A DNA stretch of 64,000 nucleotides from Nitrospirota bacterium (GCA_963790205.1 CAWBNQ010000014.1:192001-256000); one strand, 5' to 3'. Counted from the stretch's first letter, positions 9,430 to 20,113 are shown. The notes: a model not told the origin generated them from the letters alone. A program made the numbers and translations.

Positions 9430-11120
9430 GAGATCATCCCCGGCCCGGCGTCCCTCCCCCTGTTCACTGTCCCGAAATCCGGCTCGATCTTGTTCTGGAT
9501 CAGGCACTGCAGCATTTCGAGTTCGTCCTTATCGAACCAGGTCATCTCGCAAAAACCGCATCGGTCGACCTCGATCAGATGCGCCAGGCTGTAAAAGCCG
9601 CGCGTCATGGGGTTCTTGCACTTGGGGCAGGAAAGAAGCGTCACCGGGGCTTTTTTACCGGTGAGCATCAGTTTTGACCACCTCATTTGATTTGCATTCA
9701 CCGTTGCCCGCGCGAGCGCGTTGATCCGCTCGGAACAAGGCCGGTCCCGATCCGTCCTGGCGATGATTCGCGCGATCTTGCTGTTCTCAACCAGGGTCCC
9801 GGCGCAGTAGCGGCACTCGTAGACCTGTGTTTCCTCATAGGATGCCGCCACCAGGGGCTGGCTGCAGGTGGGACAGGCAAATCCCGATGCTTCCTGAGGC
9901 TGTTCCGCGAGACGGGCTGCGAACAGGGGATTGACGAGCGGCTGTTTCCAGGCCCGCTCGACAGGATGGTTCTCCCCTGCCGTGACCCAGGTGAGCGGCG
10001 AAAGCCAGGGAAGCGCAGCCAGATCGCCGATGCCGAACGGCCCCTGCCACTGCTGCTGAGGGTTCATGGCATAAAACTGCGGTCCCGTCGTTTCCTGCGC
10101 ATCGGCCTCTGCCTTTGCCTTTTCCCTGCTGTCCGCCTTCGCGTCCAGCTCGGCGATGCTCGTGTGCGCCATCTTGAGCAGGATATCCATGCGCTTCCGG
10201 AGCGGCGGATGGGTCGAGAGGAGATCGGCCCAGAATCCTTCGGTTTCGTCAAGCGCCGAGGCCTCGGGGTTCACGATGCAGAGCATCTCAAAGCCGCTTC
10301 CGATAAACCCGGCCCCGCGCCAGCTCCGCGACAGGAGATGGAGCGTCTCGGCAAGGGCAATGGGGTTCCTGGTCATCCGCACTGCCGCGGCATCGGCGCG
10401 ATATTCGCGCTCTCGTGAAATGAACATGTTCAGAAGATAGCTCAGCTGGAGCAGCAACCACGCCAAAGGCGCTCCTGCAGAAGATGACGTCCTTCCCCGC
10501 GAAGATGTGCTGCTCAGGCTTTCCAGGAGAGAAGACCACGTGCCGAAGAGGCTCGATGCGACCGTGGTCTCGAGGCAGTCGCCGGAAAGGATGTGGTGCG
10601 CTTCATGGGCGATCACAGTCTCCAGCTGCGCCCGGCTGAGGCGGGAGAGCAGCCCCTCGGTGACGCCGATAACGGCCTGCCCCTTCAGGTCGGCAACGGC
10701 AAGGGCGTTCAGGGAGAGCGACGGAATGACCACGGCCCGGACCGTGCGCCGATGCCCGGTCACTACGTGCATTTCTTCCATGATGTTCAGGAACATCTTG
10801 TGGATGTCGTCCTTCGGGTCCGGCTCCTGCGCATCGAGCCCCCGGACCACGGTAGTGACGGTGTCGTATGCTGAAAACCAGAAGTGAATTCCCGCAATGA
10901 GCAAAGCGGTTATGCCCAAGAATATCCATGACCTCAGGGCAGAATGCAGCGGAGCAGGATGCAGATGGGTGGAATGAAGCGGAGCGGATTGCAGCGTTAC
11001 GGGGAACATCATCACCGCAAAGAGCGTCGCGATGACGAAGTACATGAGCATGAGGACCAGGAAGAAGACCCAGATGCGCCAGCTCTTCTGCCGCTCTATG
11101 TCGATGAAGGTAAGGGGCAT
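9426..11120 (-). CDS. M48 (HtpX-like) membrane metalloprotease with C-terminal TFIIB-type Zn fingers
   Basis: AHEAHH, SREREYRADA, STHPP; CPTC/CRYC/CPKC/CGFC. Confidence 0.88.
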   Translation of the reverse strand: MPLTFIDIERQKSWRIWVFFLVLMLMYFVIATLFAVMMFPVTLQSAPLHSTHLHPAPLHSALRSWIFLGITALLIAGIHFWFSAYDTVTTVVRGLDAQEPDPKDDIHKMFLNIMEEMHVVTGHRRTVRAVVIPSLSLNALAVADLKGQAVIGVTEGLLSRLSRAQLETVIAHEAHHILSGDCLETTVASSLFGTWSSLLESLSSTSSRGRTSSSAGAPLAWLLLQLSYLLNMFISREREYRADAAAVRMTRNPIALAETLHLLSRSWRGAGFIGSGFEMLCIVNPEASALDETEGFWADLLSTHPPLRKRMDILLKMAHTSIAELDAKADSREKAKAEADAQETTGPQFYAMNPQQQWQGPFGIGDLAALPWLSPLTWVTAGENHPVERAWKQPLVNPLFAARLAEQPQEASGFACPTCSQPLVAASYEETQVYECRYCAGTLVENSKIARIIARTDRDRPCSERINALARATVNANQMRWSKLMLTGKKAPVTLLSCPKCKNPMTRGFYSLAHLIEVDRCGFCEMTWFDKDELEMLQCLIQNKIEPDFGTVNRGRDAGPGMIS

Positions 11121-11229
11121 GGTCTTGATAGCGGAAATTGAGAAATTAGAAAGTTAAGAAAATATAAAAGAAACCCTTAATATCTTACCTTCCCAGCTTC
11201 ATATCTTCCGCTTTTTTACTCCAGGTTCT

Positions 11230-11790
11230 CTACTTCCTCAGGCTCAGGTCCACCGCGGGCGTGGCCCGGTCCGCTTCCTCGGCCCCGAAGTACTCTTCCG
11301 TGCGGAAATTCATCAGAGACGACACGAAATTATTCGGAAACACCTGGAGCTTCGTGCGGTAGTTGGCGACCAGATCGTTATAGAGTTGCCGCGCAAAGGC
11401 GATGCGGTTCTCGGTCGAGGTGAGCTCTTCCTGGAGCTGCATCACGTTCTGGTTGCTCTTGAGCGCTGGGTAGTTCTCCATCACGGCAAAGAGTTTCCCC
11501 AGTGCCTGAGTGAGCATGTTCTCGGCCTCGGCCTTGGTCGCCGGCGTGGGGGCCGATACCGCTCTTGCTCTTGCCGAGATCACTTTCTCAAGGGTGTCCT
11601 GCTCGAATTCCATGGCGCCTTTGACCGTTGCGACGAGGTTCGGGATGAGGTCGTGACGCCGCTTGAGCTGCACGTCGATCTGTTTCCAGGAGCTCTGAAC
11701 ATCGTTCCGGACCGTCACCAGACCGTTGTAAATCAGAACAAGCCAGACGAGAACCAAACCGAGAACTGCCAGTATAATCCAGCCAGCCAT
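11230..11790 (-). CDS. lemA: LemA family protein
   Basis: YNGLV...IDVQLKRRHDLIPNLV...ENYPALKSN...TENRIAFARQLYN. Confidence 0.95.
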   Translation of the reverse strand: MAGWIILAVLGLVLVWLVLIYNGLVTVRNDVQSSWKQIDVQLKRRHDLIPNLVATVKGAMEFEQDTLEKVISARARAVSAPTPATKAEAENMLTQALGKLFAVMENYPALKSNQNVMQLQEELTSTENRIAFARQLYNDLVANYRTKLQVFPNNFVSSLMNFRTEEYFGAEEADRATPAVDLSLRK

Positions 11791-11876
11791 AAGCCCTCCC
11801 CTCCCGTGAATAAAAGGATCAAAATCAAATTGTGACGATTATATCACAATCGCCCGCTGCCCGGCAAAAAAGTCTT

Positions 11877-12713
11877 TTACTCTCCTGCCAGGAGCGGCAT
11901 TGCCGAAGGAGGAAACACTTCGCGCGCCTCTGCTTCGGCAAAGAGCCTTCGCACCGCCTTGAGGCCTTCCTCCCCCAGATCAAGCGAAAAGTCGTTTACG
12001 TAAAGGCCGATGTGACTTTTCATTACCGCCGTGTCCATTTCCTGGCTGTGCTGCCTGCAGTAGCTCATCACTTCATCAGTATGTGCATGGGCATATTGCA
12101 CGCTCCGGCGGATGCCTTCTTCTACGGCCAGCAGGGTGTCCCGCCCCAGGGAGCGTTTCCCGAGGATGCCTCCCAGCGGGATCGGAAGACCCGAATGCCT
12201 CTCCCACCACTCGCCGAGATCAAGCAGTTTTTCAAGCTTATACAACGGATAGGTGAAGCGGCTCTCATGGATGATGAGCCCGGCGGCCGCCTCTCCTGTT
12301 GAGACGGCATCCATGATCCGGTCGAAGGTCATGATTGTCACGTTCTCGATCTTCGGATCGAAGAGACGGAGGAGCAGATAAGCGGTCGTGAGCTTGCCGG
12401 GGACGGCGATGACGCCGTTTTTAAGGTCCCCAAGCTTCGTCCCCGGCCTGGCAACGATGAGCGGGCCGCATCCCCTGCCGAGCGCTCCGCCGGAACGGAG
12501 CAGCGCGTACTGCTCGCGTAGATGGCCCAGTGCATGATAGGATATCTTGGTAAAATCGAGTTTTCCTTCGAGGGCCATGCGGTTCAGCGTTTCTACATCT
12601 TCAAGCTGCTCGCGAAATCCGACGCCGGTGACCTTTACTCTGCCGTGGATCAGGGCGTAGAATATGTAAGTGTCGTTCGGGCAGGGAGAATAGCCCATAG
12701 TAAACGTGCGCAT
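11877..12713 (-). CDS. mqnD: 1,4-dihydroxy-6-naphthoate synthase
   Basis: GYSPCPNDTYIF, GALGRGCGPL, IIHESRFTY, HIGLYVN. Confidence 0.93.
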   Translation of the reverse strand: MRTFTMGYSPCPNDTYIFYALIHGRVKVTGVGFREQLEDVETLNRMALEGKLDFTKISYHALGHLREQYALLRSGGALGRGCGPLIVARPGTKLGDLKNGVIAVPGKLTTAYLLLRLFDPKIENVTIMTFDRIMDAVSTGEAAAGLIIHESRFTYPLYKLEKLLDLGEWWERHSGLPIPLGGILGKRSLGRDTLLAVEEGIRRSVQYAHAHTDEVMSYCRQHSQEMDTAVMKSHIGLYVNDFSLDLGEEGLKAVRRLFAEAEAREVFPPSAMPLLAGE

Positions 12714-12724
12714 GGTTTACCTTC

Positions 12725-13456
12725 TCACCTTCCCATCTTCCAACCTTCCAAGATGATTCGCACTGCCCTCTGGGCGGCCTCAGCCGCTCTCGGGATGTTC
12801 CATTTTTTAAGGTCCCGGTTTTCCACGATGTTCGATATCCCCCGCACTTCGAGCCAGGGCACGTCGTGGCAAAGGGCCACCTGGGCTGCGGCCGCGCCTT
12901 CCATGTTCTCGCACAAGCCATGGTAGCGGTCTTCCAACTCCCGTGCGCGCGCCGTTGTGCCGGTGCAGGTCGACAGCGTAATGAAGGGTCCGACACGCAC
13001 GGCGCCGGCATCCCGTTGCAAAACGAGTATGTTCTTTGCCTGATTGAGCAAGCTCTCAGATGCGTGATAGGTGGTGTAAATCACCGAGGTGGTTGTCTTG
13101 AGAAGGGGGATCCCTATATATTCAGTATCTTTAAATCCGTCCACGGTCAAAACGCCCTCGTCGCCGGCGATCTCTTCCTGAGCAAGAGCAATGTCTCCGA
13201 CCATGGCGCCCGACGAGGGATAGGCCCCCCCGACGCCGAAGATACAGAGTGCCTCCGGTTGGAAGTGCGTCAGCAAAAGTGTTGCGGCATGGGACGCGTT
13301 TACTTTCCCCATGCCGCCGATGCAGAGCAAGATCTCTTGATCAGCGAGCTTTCCCGCAATGACCGATTGGGAACCGAACGACGTGGTTGTCGTCACAGCG
13401 GTCTTTGCCAGCAAAGATTCTGCCTCGGTCTGGACGGAACAGAGCAGGGCGATCAT
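12725..13456 (-). CDS. mqnB: Futalosine hydrolase
   Basis: GMGKVNA, ENMEGAA, EVRGISNIVENRD; adjacent to mqnD. Confidence 0.92.
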   Translation of the reverse strand: MIALLCSVQTEAESLLAKTAVTTTTSFGSQSVIAGKLADQEILLCIGGMGKVNASHAATLLLTHFQPEALCIFGVGGAYPSSGAMVGDIALAQEEIAGDEGVLTVDGFKDTEYIGIPLLKTTTSVIYTTYHASESLLNQAKNILVLQRDAGAVRVGPFITLSTCTGTTARARELEDRYHGLCENMEGAAAAQVALCHDVPWLEVRGISNIVENRDLKKWNIPRAAEAAQRAVRIILEGWKMGR

Positions 13457-13608
13457 ACTAAAACCCTTTCCTTCGCGGAGTTCGTTGAGGTTCAGCGCGA
13501 GAAGTTATGAAGTTGTGAAATTGAGAAAGTAGGCGGTTATTTGCTTTATTTTCCCATCTTCTTAGCTTCCTACCTTCGTGCCCTTCCTCTGCGTTAAATT
13601 TTTTAAGT

Positions 13609-14043
13609 TTACAGCTCCAGCATCTCAATCCCGGTCTTTTCGTCCAGAACCTTGCGCGCGTCGATGCCTGTGATCTCCGCGATCACCGCCTCGACAACAA
13701 GGTACACAACACTGTCTTTGCGGATGCAGCCGGTATAGGTCTCTTTTTCACGGCCGATGGCGCCGTGAAGATGGATGACCGGATCATCGCCCTTCCGGAA
13801 CAGGGTGCCGAAGCCCAGGACCTCGCGGCCGTCGTTGAAATTCACCCACATCGGGTCCGGGGGGATGACTGCCTCGCGGGGCCCGGTAACGACCCCGGCC
13901 GAACGCATGCCTCCCAGAAGCATGATGGTCCCGACCCTGATCTTCTCCCTGACAGCAACCTTCTTCAGCTCTTCCAGGAGGTTGTCCTGGTCCTCGAATT
14001 TGAGCAAAAAAACCCTGCCGAACGATCCCTGAGAATACTTCAC
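13609..14043 (-). CDS. PPC/DUF296 domain protein
   Basis: GRVFLLKFEDQD...EVLGFGTL...IHLHGAIGR; GTG start. Confidence 0.85.
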   Translation of the reverse strand: MKYSQGSFGRVFLLKFEDQDNLLEELKKVAVREKIRVGTIMLLGGMRSAGVVTGPREAVIPPDPMWVNFNDGREVLGFGTLFRKGDDPVIHLHGAIGREKETYTGCIRKDSVVYLVVEAVIAEITGIDARKVLDEKTGIEMLEL

Positions 14044-14155
14044 GTAAGCTCCCTGACGGATGACTGGCGGTTCCGGGCCCGCTTCCGGAGCCGGTTTTAC
14101 GGCCGAAAACGTCAAAAATACCCCAAATATACCCCGAAATATACCATACTTTCCA

Positions 14156-14184
14156 TTGCACTTCTACCGTAAATTTGCTATGAT
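14156..14184 (+). promoter_or_regulatory. Sigma70-type promoter of the aro operon
   Basis: TTGCAC-N17-TATGAT with TG extension. Confidence 0.6.
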
Positions 14185-14232
14185 GGGCGCGATTTTACGG
14201 CAATTTACAGGGTTCCCAAGGAGGCTTGATTA

Positions 14233-15417
14233 ATGTTGAGATATTTAACGGCCGGAGAATCCCACGGCGAGCTTTTGATGGGCATCATCGAGGGCATGCC
14301 TGCGGGCCTTTTGATCCGCGTGACGGACATAGACCGGGACCTGGCCAGGCGGCAGGTGGGTTACGGCCGCGGCGGCCGCATGAAGATCGAGAAGGACTCG
14401 GTCAAGATCTACACCGGCGTGCGCTGGGGCCGGACGCTCGGGAGCCCCATCGGCCTTATGATACGAAATAAAGACTGGGAGAATTGGCGCGATAAGATGT
14501 CCCCGGACCCCATGTTCTTGAACACCGCAGAGCCGGTAACCAGGCCCCGGCCGGGCCACGCGGACCTGCCCGGCGCCCTGAAGTACGGGGTAACCGATAT
14601 CCGGAACATCCTCGAGCGTTCGAGCGCGCGGGAAACGGCCATGCGCGTTGCCGTAGGGTCCGTTGCGAAGAGGCTTTTGGCCGAGTTCGGCATCGAGGTG
14701 GTGAGCCACGTGCTCTCCATCGGCGGCGTGTTTGCCAAGGTCCCCAAGGCGTCCTTTCAGGATATCAGGAAGCGCGCCGAGGCCTCGGAGCTGCGCTGTG
14801 CGGACCACGAGGCCGAAAAGCGGATGATGAAGAAGATCGACGAGGCCATGGCGGCCGGCGATACCCTTGGCGGCGTGTTCGAGCTGATCATTACCGGCGC
14901 GCCCGTGGGGCTCGGCAGCCACGTGCATTGGGACCGCAAGCTCGACGGACGGCTTGCCGCTGCGCTCATGAGCATCCAGGCCATCAAGGGGGTCGAGGTA
15001 GGCGCGGGCTTCGGGGTCGCCTACAAACCGGGCTCGCAGGTGCATGACGAGATATTGTGGAGCAGGAAGGAAGGCTTCTTTCGCAAGACGAACATGGCCG
15101 GCGGCATCGAGGGCGGCATGAGCAACGGCGAGGCCATCGTGCTCCGGGCAGCCATGAAGCCCATCCCCACGCTCTATAAACCGCTCCGCTCCGTGGACAT
15201 GGCGAGCAAAAAGCCTTTCAAGGCAAGCATCGAGCGCTCCGACGCCTGCGCCGTTCCCGCTGCCGGCGTGGTAGCCGAGGCCGCGGCGGCCTTCGAGCTC
15301 GCAACGGCCATGATCGAGAAATTCGGCGGCGACAGCATCGAGGAGATGAAGCGGAACTACCACGGGTATGACAGGAACCTGAAGATGCGGATGGAAGTGG
15401 AAGAAGAGGAAAAATAG
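14233..15417 (+). CDS. aroC: Chorismate synthase
   Basis: [32 protein letters not shown]. Confidence 0.97.
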   Translation: MLRYLTAGESHGELLMGIIEGMPAGLLIRVTDIDRDLARRQVGYGRGGRMKIEKDSVKIYTGVRWGRTLGSPIGLMIRNKDWENWRDKMSPDPMFLNTAEPVTRPRPGHADLPGALKYGVTDIRNILERSSARETAMRVAVGSVAKRLLAEFGIEVVSHVLSIGGVFAKVPKASFQDIRKRAEASELRCADHEAEKRMMKKIDEAMAAGDTLGGVFELIITGAPVGLGSHVHWDRKLDGRLAAALMSIQAIKGVEVGAGFGVAYKPGSQVHDEILWSRKEGFFRKTNMAGGIEGGMSNGEAIVLRAAMKPIPTLYKPLRSVDMASKKPFKASIERSDACAVPAAGVVAEAAAAFELATAMIEKFGGDSIEEMKRNYHGYDRNLKMRMEVEEEEK

Positions 15418-15427
15418 GCAAAGAGAA

Positions 15428-15557
15428 AATTCCAAATTTCAAGCATCAAATAACAAATAAATTTCAATGACCAAAAATCAAGCTCCAAACGTTTTGGAAA
15501 TTGAAAATTGGTGCTTGTTAATTATTTGTCATTTGGAATTTGGTTATTGGGATTTTA
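15428..15557. repeat. AT-rich imperfect palindromic intergenic element
   Basis: aattccaaatttcaagcatcaaataacaaa...tttggaatttggttattgggattt; similar element at about 29785-29908. Confidence 0.6.
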
Positions 15558-15566
15558 TTTAGAACC

Positions 15567-16082
15567 ATGTTCAAGAACATTATCCTCACCGGCTTTATGG
15601 GCGTCGGCAAAACGAGCGTGGGCACACAGCTCGCGAAAGACCTTGGCTACGCTTTCGTGGACACGGACACGCTCATCGAAGCCGATCAGAAAATACCGAT
15701 CACTGTCATCTTTGCCAGGTTCGGCGAGCCCTATTTCCGCGAGGTCGAGGCAAAGATCATTCAAGAGGTCATGGGACGCGAAAACCAGGTGGTCTCCACC
15801 GGCGGCGGAGCCGTGATCTGGGACATGAACCGTGCGGCATTCAAGAAAGCGGGCTTCGTGGTCTGTCTCTCTGCCCGGCCTGAGGTCGTCTTCGAGCGCA
15901 TCAAGCACGAGACCCACCGCCCCCTGCTTCAGACCCCTGAGCCGCTGGCGAAGATAAAGGAACTGCTCGACAGCCGTGCGAAGTTCTACGCGCAGGCCGA
16001 CGTTGTCATCGACACCTCTGAAAAGTCAGTCGACGCCGTGATCAGAGAGATCAAAGAGAGAATCAAACATGCATACTGTTAA
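15567..16082 (+). CDS. aroK: Shikimate kinase
   Basis: GFMGVGKT P-loop, DTD, STGGG, RPLL. Confidence 0.96.
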   Translation: MFKNIILTGFMGVGKTSVGTQLAKDLGYAFVDTDTLIEADQKIPITVIFARFGEPYFREVEAKIIQEVMGRENQVVSTGGGAVIWDMNRAAFKKAGFVVCLSARPEVVFERIKHETHRPLLQTPEPLAKIKELLDSRAKFYAQADVVIDTSEKSVDAVIREIKERIKHAYC

Positions 16083-17152
16083 GGTAAACCTCGGCGACAG
16101 AAGCTACGATATCGAGCTCGGCGCGGGCCTGGACCAGGCCGGCGCGCATCTCAAGGAACTGGGTCTCGGCCAAAAGATGGCCTTGGTCACGAACCCCACG
16201 ATCAAAAAGCTCTATGGCCGGCGCATCGTGGACAGCCTCAAGGCGGCCGGCTTCCTGGTCATGTCCGTAGAGGTCCCCGACGGTGAGCAGTACAAGAACC
16301 TTGACTGGGCCAATGCCATTTACACCGCGCTCCTCACGAACGGCTTCGACCGGAAATCGGCGCTCGTCGCGTTCGGCGGCGGCGTCATCGGCGACCTCAC
16401 GGGTTTTGCCGCGGCCACGTTCATGCGCGGCGTGCCGTTCGTGCAGGTCCCGACCACGCTCCTCGCCATGGTCGACAGCAGCGTGGGCGGCAAGACCGGC
16501 GTGAACCATCCCATGGGCAAGAACATGATCGGCGCGTTCTACCAGCCGAAGAAGGTCTTGATGGACCTCGGCGTGCTGAAGACGCTTCCCAGGGAAGAAT
16601 TCCTTTCCGGCATGGCAGAGGTGATCAAATACGGCGTGATCTTGGACGCCGGGTTCTTCGACTATCTCGAAAGGAACCGGGACAGGATCCTCTCGCTCGA
16701 ACCCGATGCTCTTACTCATATCATCAAGCGCTCCTGCGAGATCAAGGCCGAGGTCGTGAGCAAGGACGAGCGTGAAGGAGGCCTCCGCGCGATCCTGAAC
16801 TTCGGCCACACCGTGGGCCACGCCGTCGAGACAGCCGAGCATTACACCATGCGCCACGGCGAGGCCGTTGCCATCGGCATGGTCTACGCCTCGCGCCTGG
16901 CGCATAAGACCGGTCTCTGCGACCTCCTCGGTCCCGGAACGCGTAGAGAAACTCATCTCATCGTACGGTCTTTCGACAAGCATCTCGACTCTCAGCCGCC
17001 GGCCGTCCGTGACCGAACTCATGGACACCATGCAGATCGACAAAAAGGCCGAAGGCGGCAAGGTGAAGTTCGTGCTCCCGTCTAAGATCGGCGAGGTGGT
17101 CATTACGAAGCAGTGGGATGAAGAGGTATTGAAGAAAATTCTCGGTGAGTAG
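16069..17152 (+). CDS. aroB: 3-dehydroquinate synthase (frameshift near 16924)
   Basis: GGGVIGD, PTTLLAMVDSSVGGKTG, LNFGHT, HGEAV; DKK tail in the shifted frame. Confidence 0.95.
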
Positions 17153-17186
17153 CTACATTCTTTCGTTCGGGCCGCAGGGAGCATAT

Positions 17187-17876
17187 ATGGGTATTGCAGA
17201 TATATTCGGTTTTGGGAAAAAAGAAAAGACACCTTTTAAGATTCCCCGGGAAGTTTCAGAGCTCCGCACCAGGATAGACACTGAAAACAGGGAAAACTAT
17301 CCCAATTTAGTCCGTTATCAGGAAATAGTAAGGGACGCCAAATCGGTCAAAATAAAATTACATGACCTTATTGCGCAGAAAGAACATGCGGCAGAAGCAG
17401 GCAGGATAATAGACGATCTTAAGAATAAGCTGGCACGGCTGGCCGAAAAGATCGAGAAAAACAAACAAGAAGCCAGGAAAGAGGGTAAACAGGATTACGT
17501 CGAAAAAAATATAGATTACCTTGAACGAAAGAGCATGAGAAACAATGCAAAGACCCTCTTTACGGTTTTTTTGGAAGCGCACGAATTGTTTCTTGCCTTC
17601 TGCAAAAATGGAAGACCGGGGCAGGAAGACGCACTGGATTCCGCGACCACAAGACTGATCAATGCCATAACAGAGCTGCATTATAACTTCTTCAAGGCTT
17701 ATGGACAGGATACGGAGATTCGGGGGCTAAAAGACAAGACCCTCGGGAAGATATCGGAGCTGGCAAAGTCCTTCGAGGAAAACGAAGGAAGTCTTGAGGA
17801 GAAGGGGTTGAAAACACGGGCAGAGACCAACTTGAAGAAACTGTTGGAAGCAACAAAAGGCCTATCTGCACAATAA
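17187..17876 (+). CDS. Hypothetical alpha-helical/coiled-coil protein
   Basis: Open AT-rich ORF, Lys/Glu-rich, no recognised motif. Confidence 0.7.
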   Translation: MGIADIFGFGKKEKTPFKIPREVSELRTRIDTENRENYPNLVRYQEIVRDAKSVKIKLHDLIAQKEHAAEAGRIIDDLKNKLARLAEKIEKNKQEARKEGKQDYVEKNIDYLERKSMRNNAKTLFTVFLEAHELFLAFCKNGRPGQEDALDSATTRLINAITELHYNFFKAYGQDTEIRGLKDKTLGKISELAKSFEENEGSLEEKGLKTRAETNLKKLLEATKGLSAQ

Positions 17877-17985
17877 AATAAATGGATGGGTTATGCAGTG
17901 CCCAAGCCGATGCACTGGCGCTGCAATGATTGCGTAATACGCTATCGGTGAGTATCCTCTGTCCCATAAAAATCGAAAAGACACC

Positions 17986-18042
17986 GGCAAGGTAAAGTTC
18001 GTCCTGCCGAAAAAGATCGGCGAGGCGGTCATCACGAAGGAG
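17986..18042 (+). repeat. Diverged duplicate of the aroB 3' end
   Basis: 48/57 identities to 17057-17113 by manual alignment. Confidence 0.85.
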
Positions 18043-18076
18043 CGGAATAACAGACAGCGGTTCTAAGGAGGAAATC

Positions 18077-18784
18077 GTGAGCGAATATCTCTGGCACTGC
18101 CCGTTCTGCAACGGGGACCAAACCGTCACCGAGGAGGCCCGGCAGGCAAGCTTCGCCGATCTCAGCATCGAAAACGCCGACGGCCCGCGCCGCCTCGTGG
18201 TAAAGTTCGTGGTCTGCCCCAATCCCCGTTGCCGGAAGTTCTCTCTGAGCGCCTCTCTTCACAGCCTCGAAACCTCGGGAAACCGTTCCTACACCGGAAA
18301 GCACTTGAAGACCTGGGCCCTCGTACCGCCGTCCCGCGCCCGCTCCTTCCCGATCGCCCTTCCCCCCCAGGTCCTTGAAGACTACCAGGAAGCCTGCCTT
18401 ACTATCGAGTCCAGCCTGAAGGTCGCCGCGGCCCTTGCCCGCCGCTGCCTTTCGGAGATGCTGCGGGACTTCTGGCGCGTGCAGCCCGGGAGGCTCGGCG
18501 ACGAGTTCCGCCAGATCAAAGGCGCGGCTGACCCCCTCACCTGGGAGGCCATCGAGTCCGTGAGGAAGACCGGCATGATCGGCGCACGCATGGACTCTGA
18601 AGGCGCCGAGATCCTCGACACGGAACCCGGCGAGGCAAAGATGCTGATCGGGCTGATCGAGACGCTCATCGAGGACTGGTATGTCGGCCGCGAAGAACGG
18701 CGCAAGCGGCTTGAGGGTATCAAACAGATTACGGGCGAGAACGCGGCTGAAAAAGAAAAAACCTCCGAAGAGCCACAAGCATAA
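18077..18784 (+). CDS. DUF4145-like protein with Zn fingers
   Basis: WHCPFC, CPNPRC, DYQEAC...ARRCL..MLRDFW; RBS aggagg. Confidence 0.8.
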   Translation: MSEYLWHCPFCNGDQTVTEEARQASFADLSIENADGPRRLVVKFVVCPNPRCRKFSLSASLHSLETSGNRSYTGKHLKTWALVPPSRARSFPIALPPQVLEDYQEACLTIESSLKVAAALARRCLSEMLRDFWRVQPGRLGDEFRQIKGAADPLTWEAIESVRKTGMIGARMDSEGAEILDTEPGEAKMLIGLIETLIEDWYVGREERRKRLEGIKQITGENAAEKEKTSEEPQA

Positions 18785-19052
18785 TCCTGTCTAATGTCTA
18801 TATGCCGATATGCCGGCTGAAATATCCGGCCAGGAGTTCTTCCTGTACTATTGGTCAGTTGCTTTAGCTTCTGATAGCATCTTTCACTTCGGAATTGATG
18901 TTCATTTGGACCTACCCGTTCGGGCAGGTCCAGTTTAACCAGTCTTTTATTCTTTATCATTCAACCAAATTTCTATATACTTTTGCGAGGTATAAGTTTC
19001 TTCGGAATTGGGACGCATCAGGCGCATCGGCGCTCCCCGATAGGGCGGCCTC

Positions 19053-19415
19053 ATGACGATCGACAATCGTAAAGAGCAGCGGCATGAAATTCCAGACCCA
19101 TGCCGGAAATACCTCGCGTTCACGGTGAAGCAGGATCAGGAACAGGTCACAGCGGTCATCGGCAATTTCAGCCGGAACGGCATCCTGTTCGAATGCCCCC
19201 GGCAGTTTACCGTGGGAGACCGCACCGAATGCTGTCTGCGGGTCAACACGGCCACTCCCCGGGAGATCACGTTCGAGATCGAAGTGAGATATTGCTACGA
19301 GAACAAGGACACCTTCATCACAGGCGCCTTCATCCACGCAATCTCGCATGACAAGTGGTTCGACGCTTTCGAAAAGCTGTTCGATATGATCGTCACCCGG
19401 CAGGGGACAACGTGA
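19053..19415 (+). CDS. PilZ domain protein
   Basis: RKEQR (RxxxR) and NFSRNG (D/NxSxxG). Confidence 0.82.
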   Translation: MTIDNRKEQRHEIPDPCRKYLAFTVKQDQEQVTAVIGNFSRNGILFECPRQFTVGDRTECCLRVNTATPREITFEIEVRYCYENKDTFITGAFIHAISHDKWFDAFEKLFDMIVTRQGTT

Positions 19416-19627
19416 CGGGTCTGTGTCTTGGAACGTACATCCTATCTGTTGAAGTTGCATTTCCTTGAAACATGCTATGTTACATTGTGTAATTGTTGAA
19501 ATACCCTTACAATACTCCATCAATGTCGTTGACATCTTCTTAGGTCAGGCATATATTCGCATTCAGAAAATGAAACATTACCCGTGGTTAATTCATTGAC
19601 CGTTAATGAAATGGGAGATTAACGAGA

Positions 19628-20113
19628 ATGAAGATGAGCCATATTTTTTTAATAGTTGTTTTTTTTGCAAATAGCATTATTGGTTGTTCTGTCGCGACCG
19701 GTCCCTTGTTTCATGAAGTTCCGCTGGAGGAGCATAAGGGGAAAGCGGTGGTTTATTTTTTCCGAAATAGTCTCTATGGTAGCGTATGGACCTTAGATTT
19801 AAGAATAAATGAAGGGAATGCTTTACCGTTACAGAACAAAGGATATCATTTGTTGATTCTTGATCCCGGAACTTACAATTTCGCAGTTTCCCAGAATTCC
19901 AAATTGTACGTTGAAAACACGTTTAATTTGCAGGGAGACAGAACATACTATATTCGTTATTGGGCTTATAAGGTGATTACTGGCTATGGACCATTTGGAA
20001 CCTACGGGACCCCTGTTTATTTCATTACTTCAGTTCCAAGAGACGGGGCGTTGGAAATTTTGAAAAAATGCCGGCTTATTGAGCTGCCGGGGACCGTAAA
20101 GGGTCAGCCCTGA
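19628..20113 (+). CDS. DUF2846-like lipoprotein
   Basis: IIGC lipobox; AVVYFFR...LQNKGY...PGTY...GDRTYYIR. Confidence 0.75.
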   Translation: MKMSHIFLIVVFFANSIIGCSVATGPLFHEVPLEEHKGKAVVYFFRNSLYGSVWTLDLRINEGNALPLQNKGYHLLILDPGTYNFAVSQNSKLYVENTFNLQGDRTYYIRYWAYKVITGYGPFGTYGTPVYFITSVPRDGALEILKKCRLIELPGTVKGQP

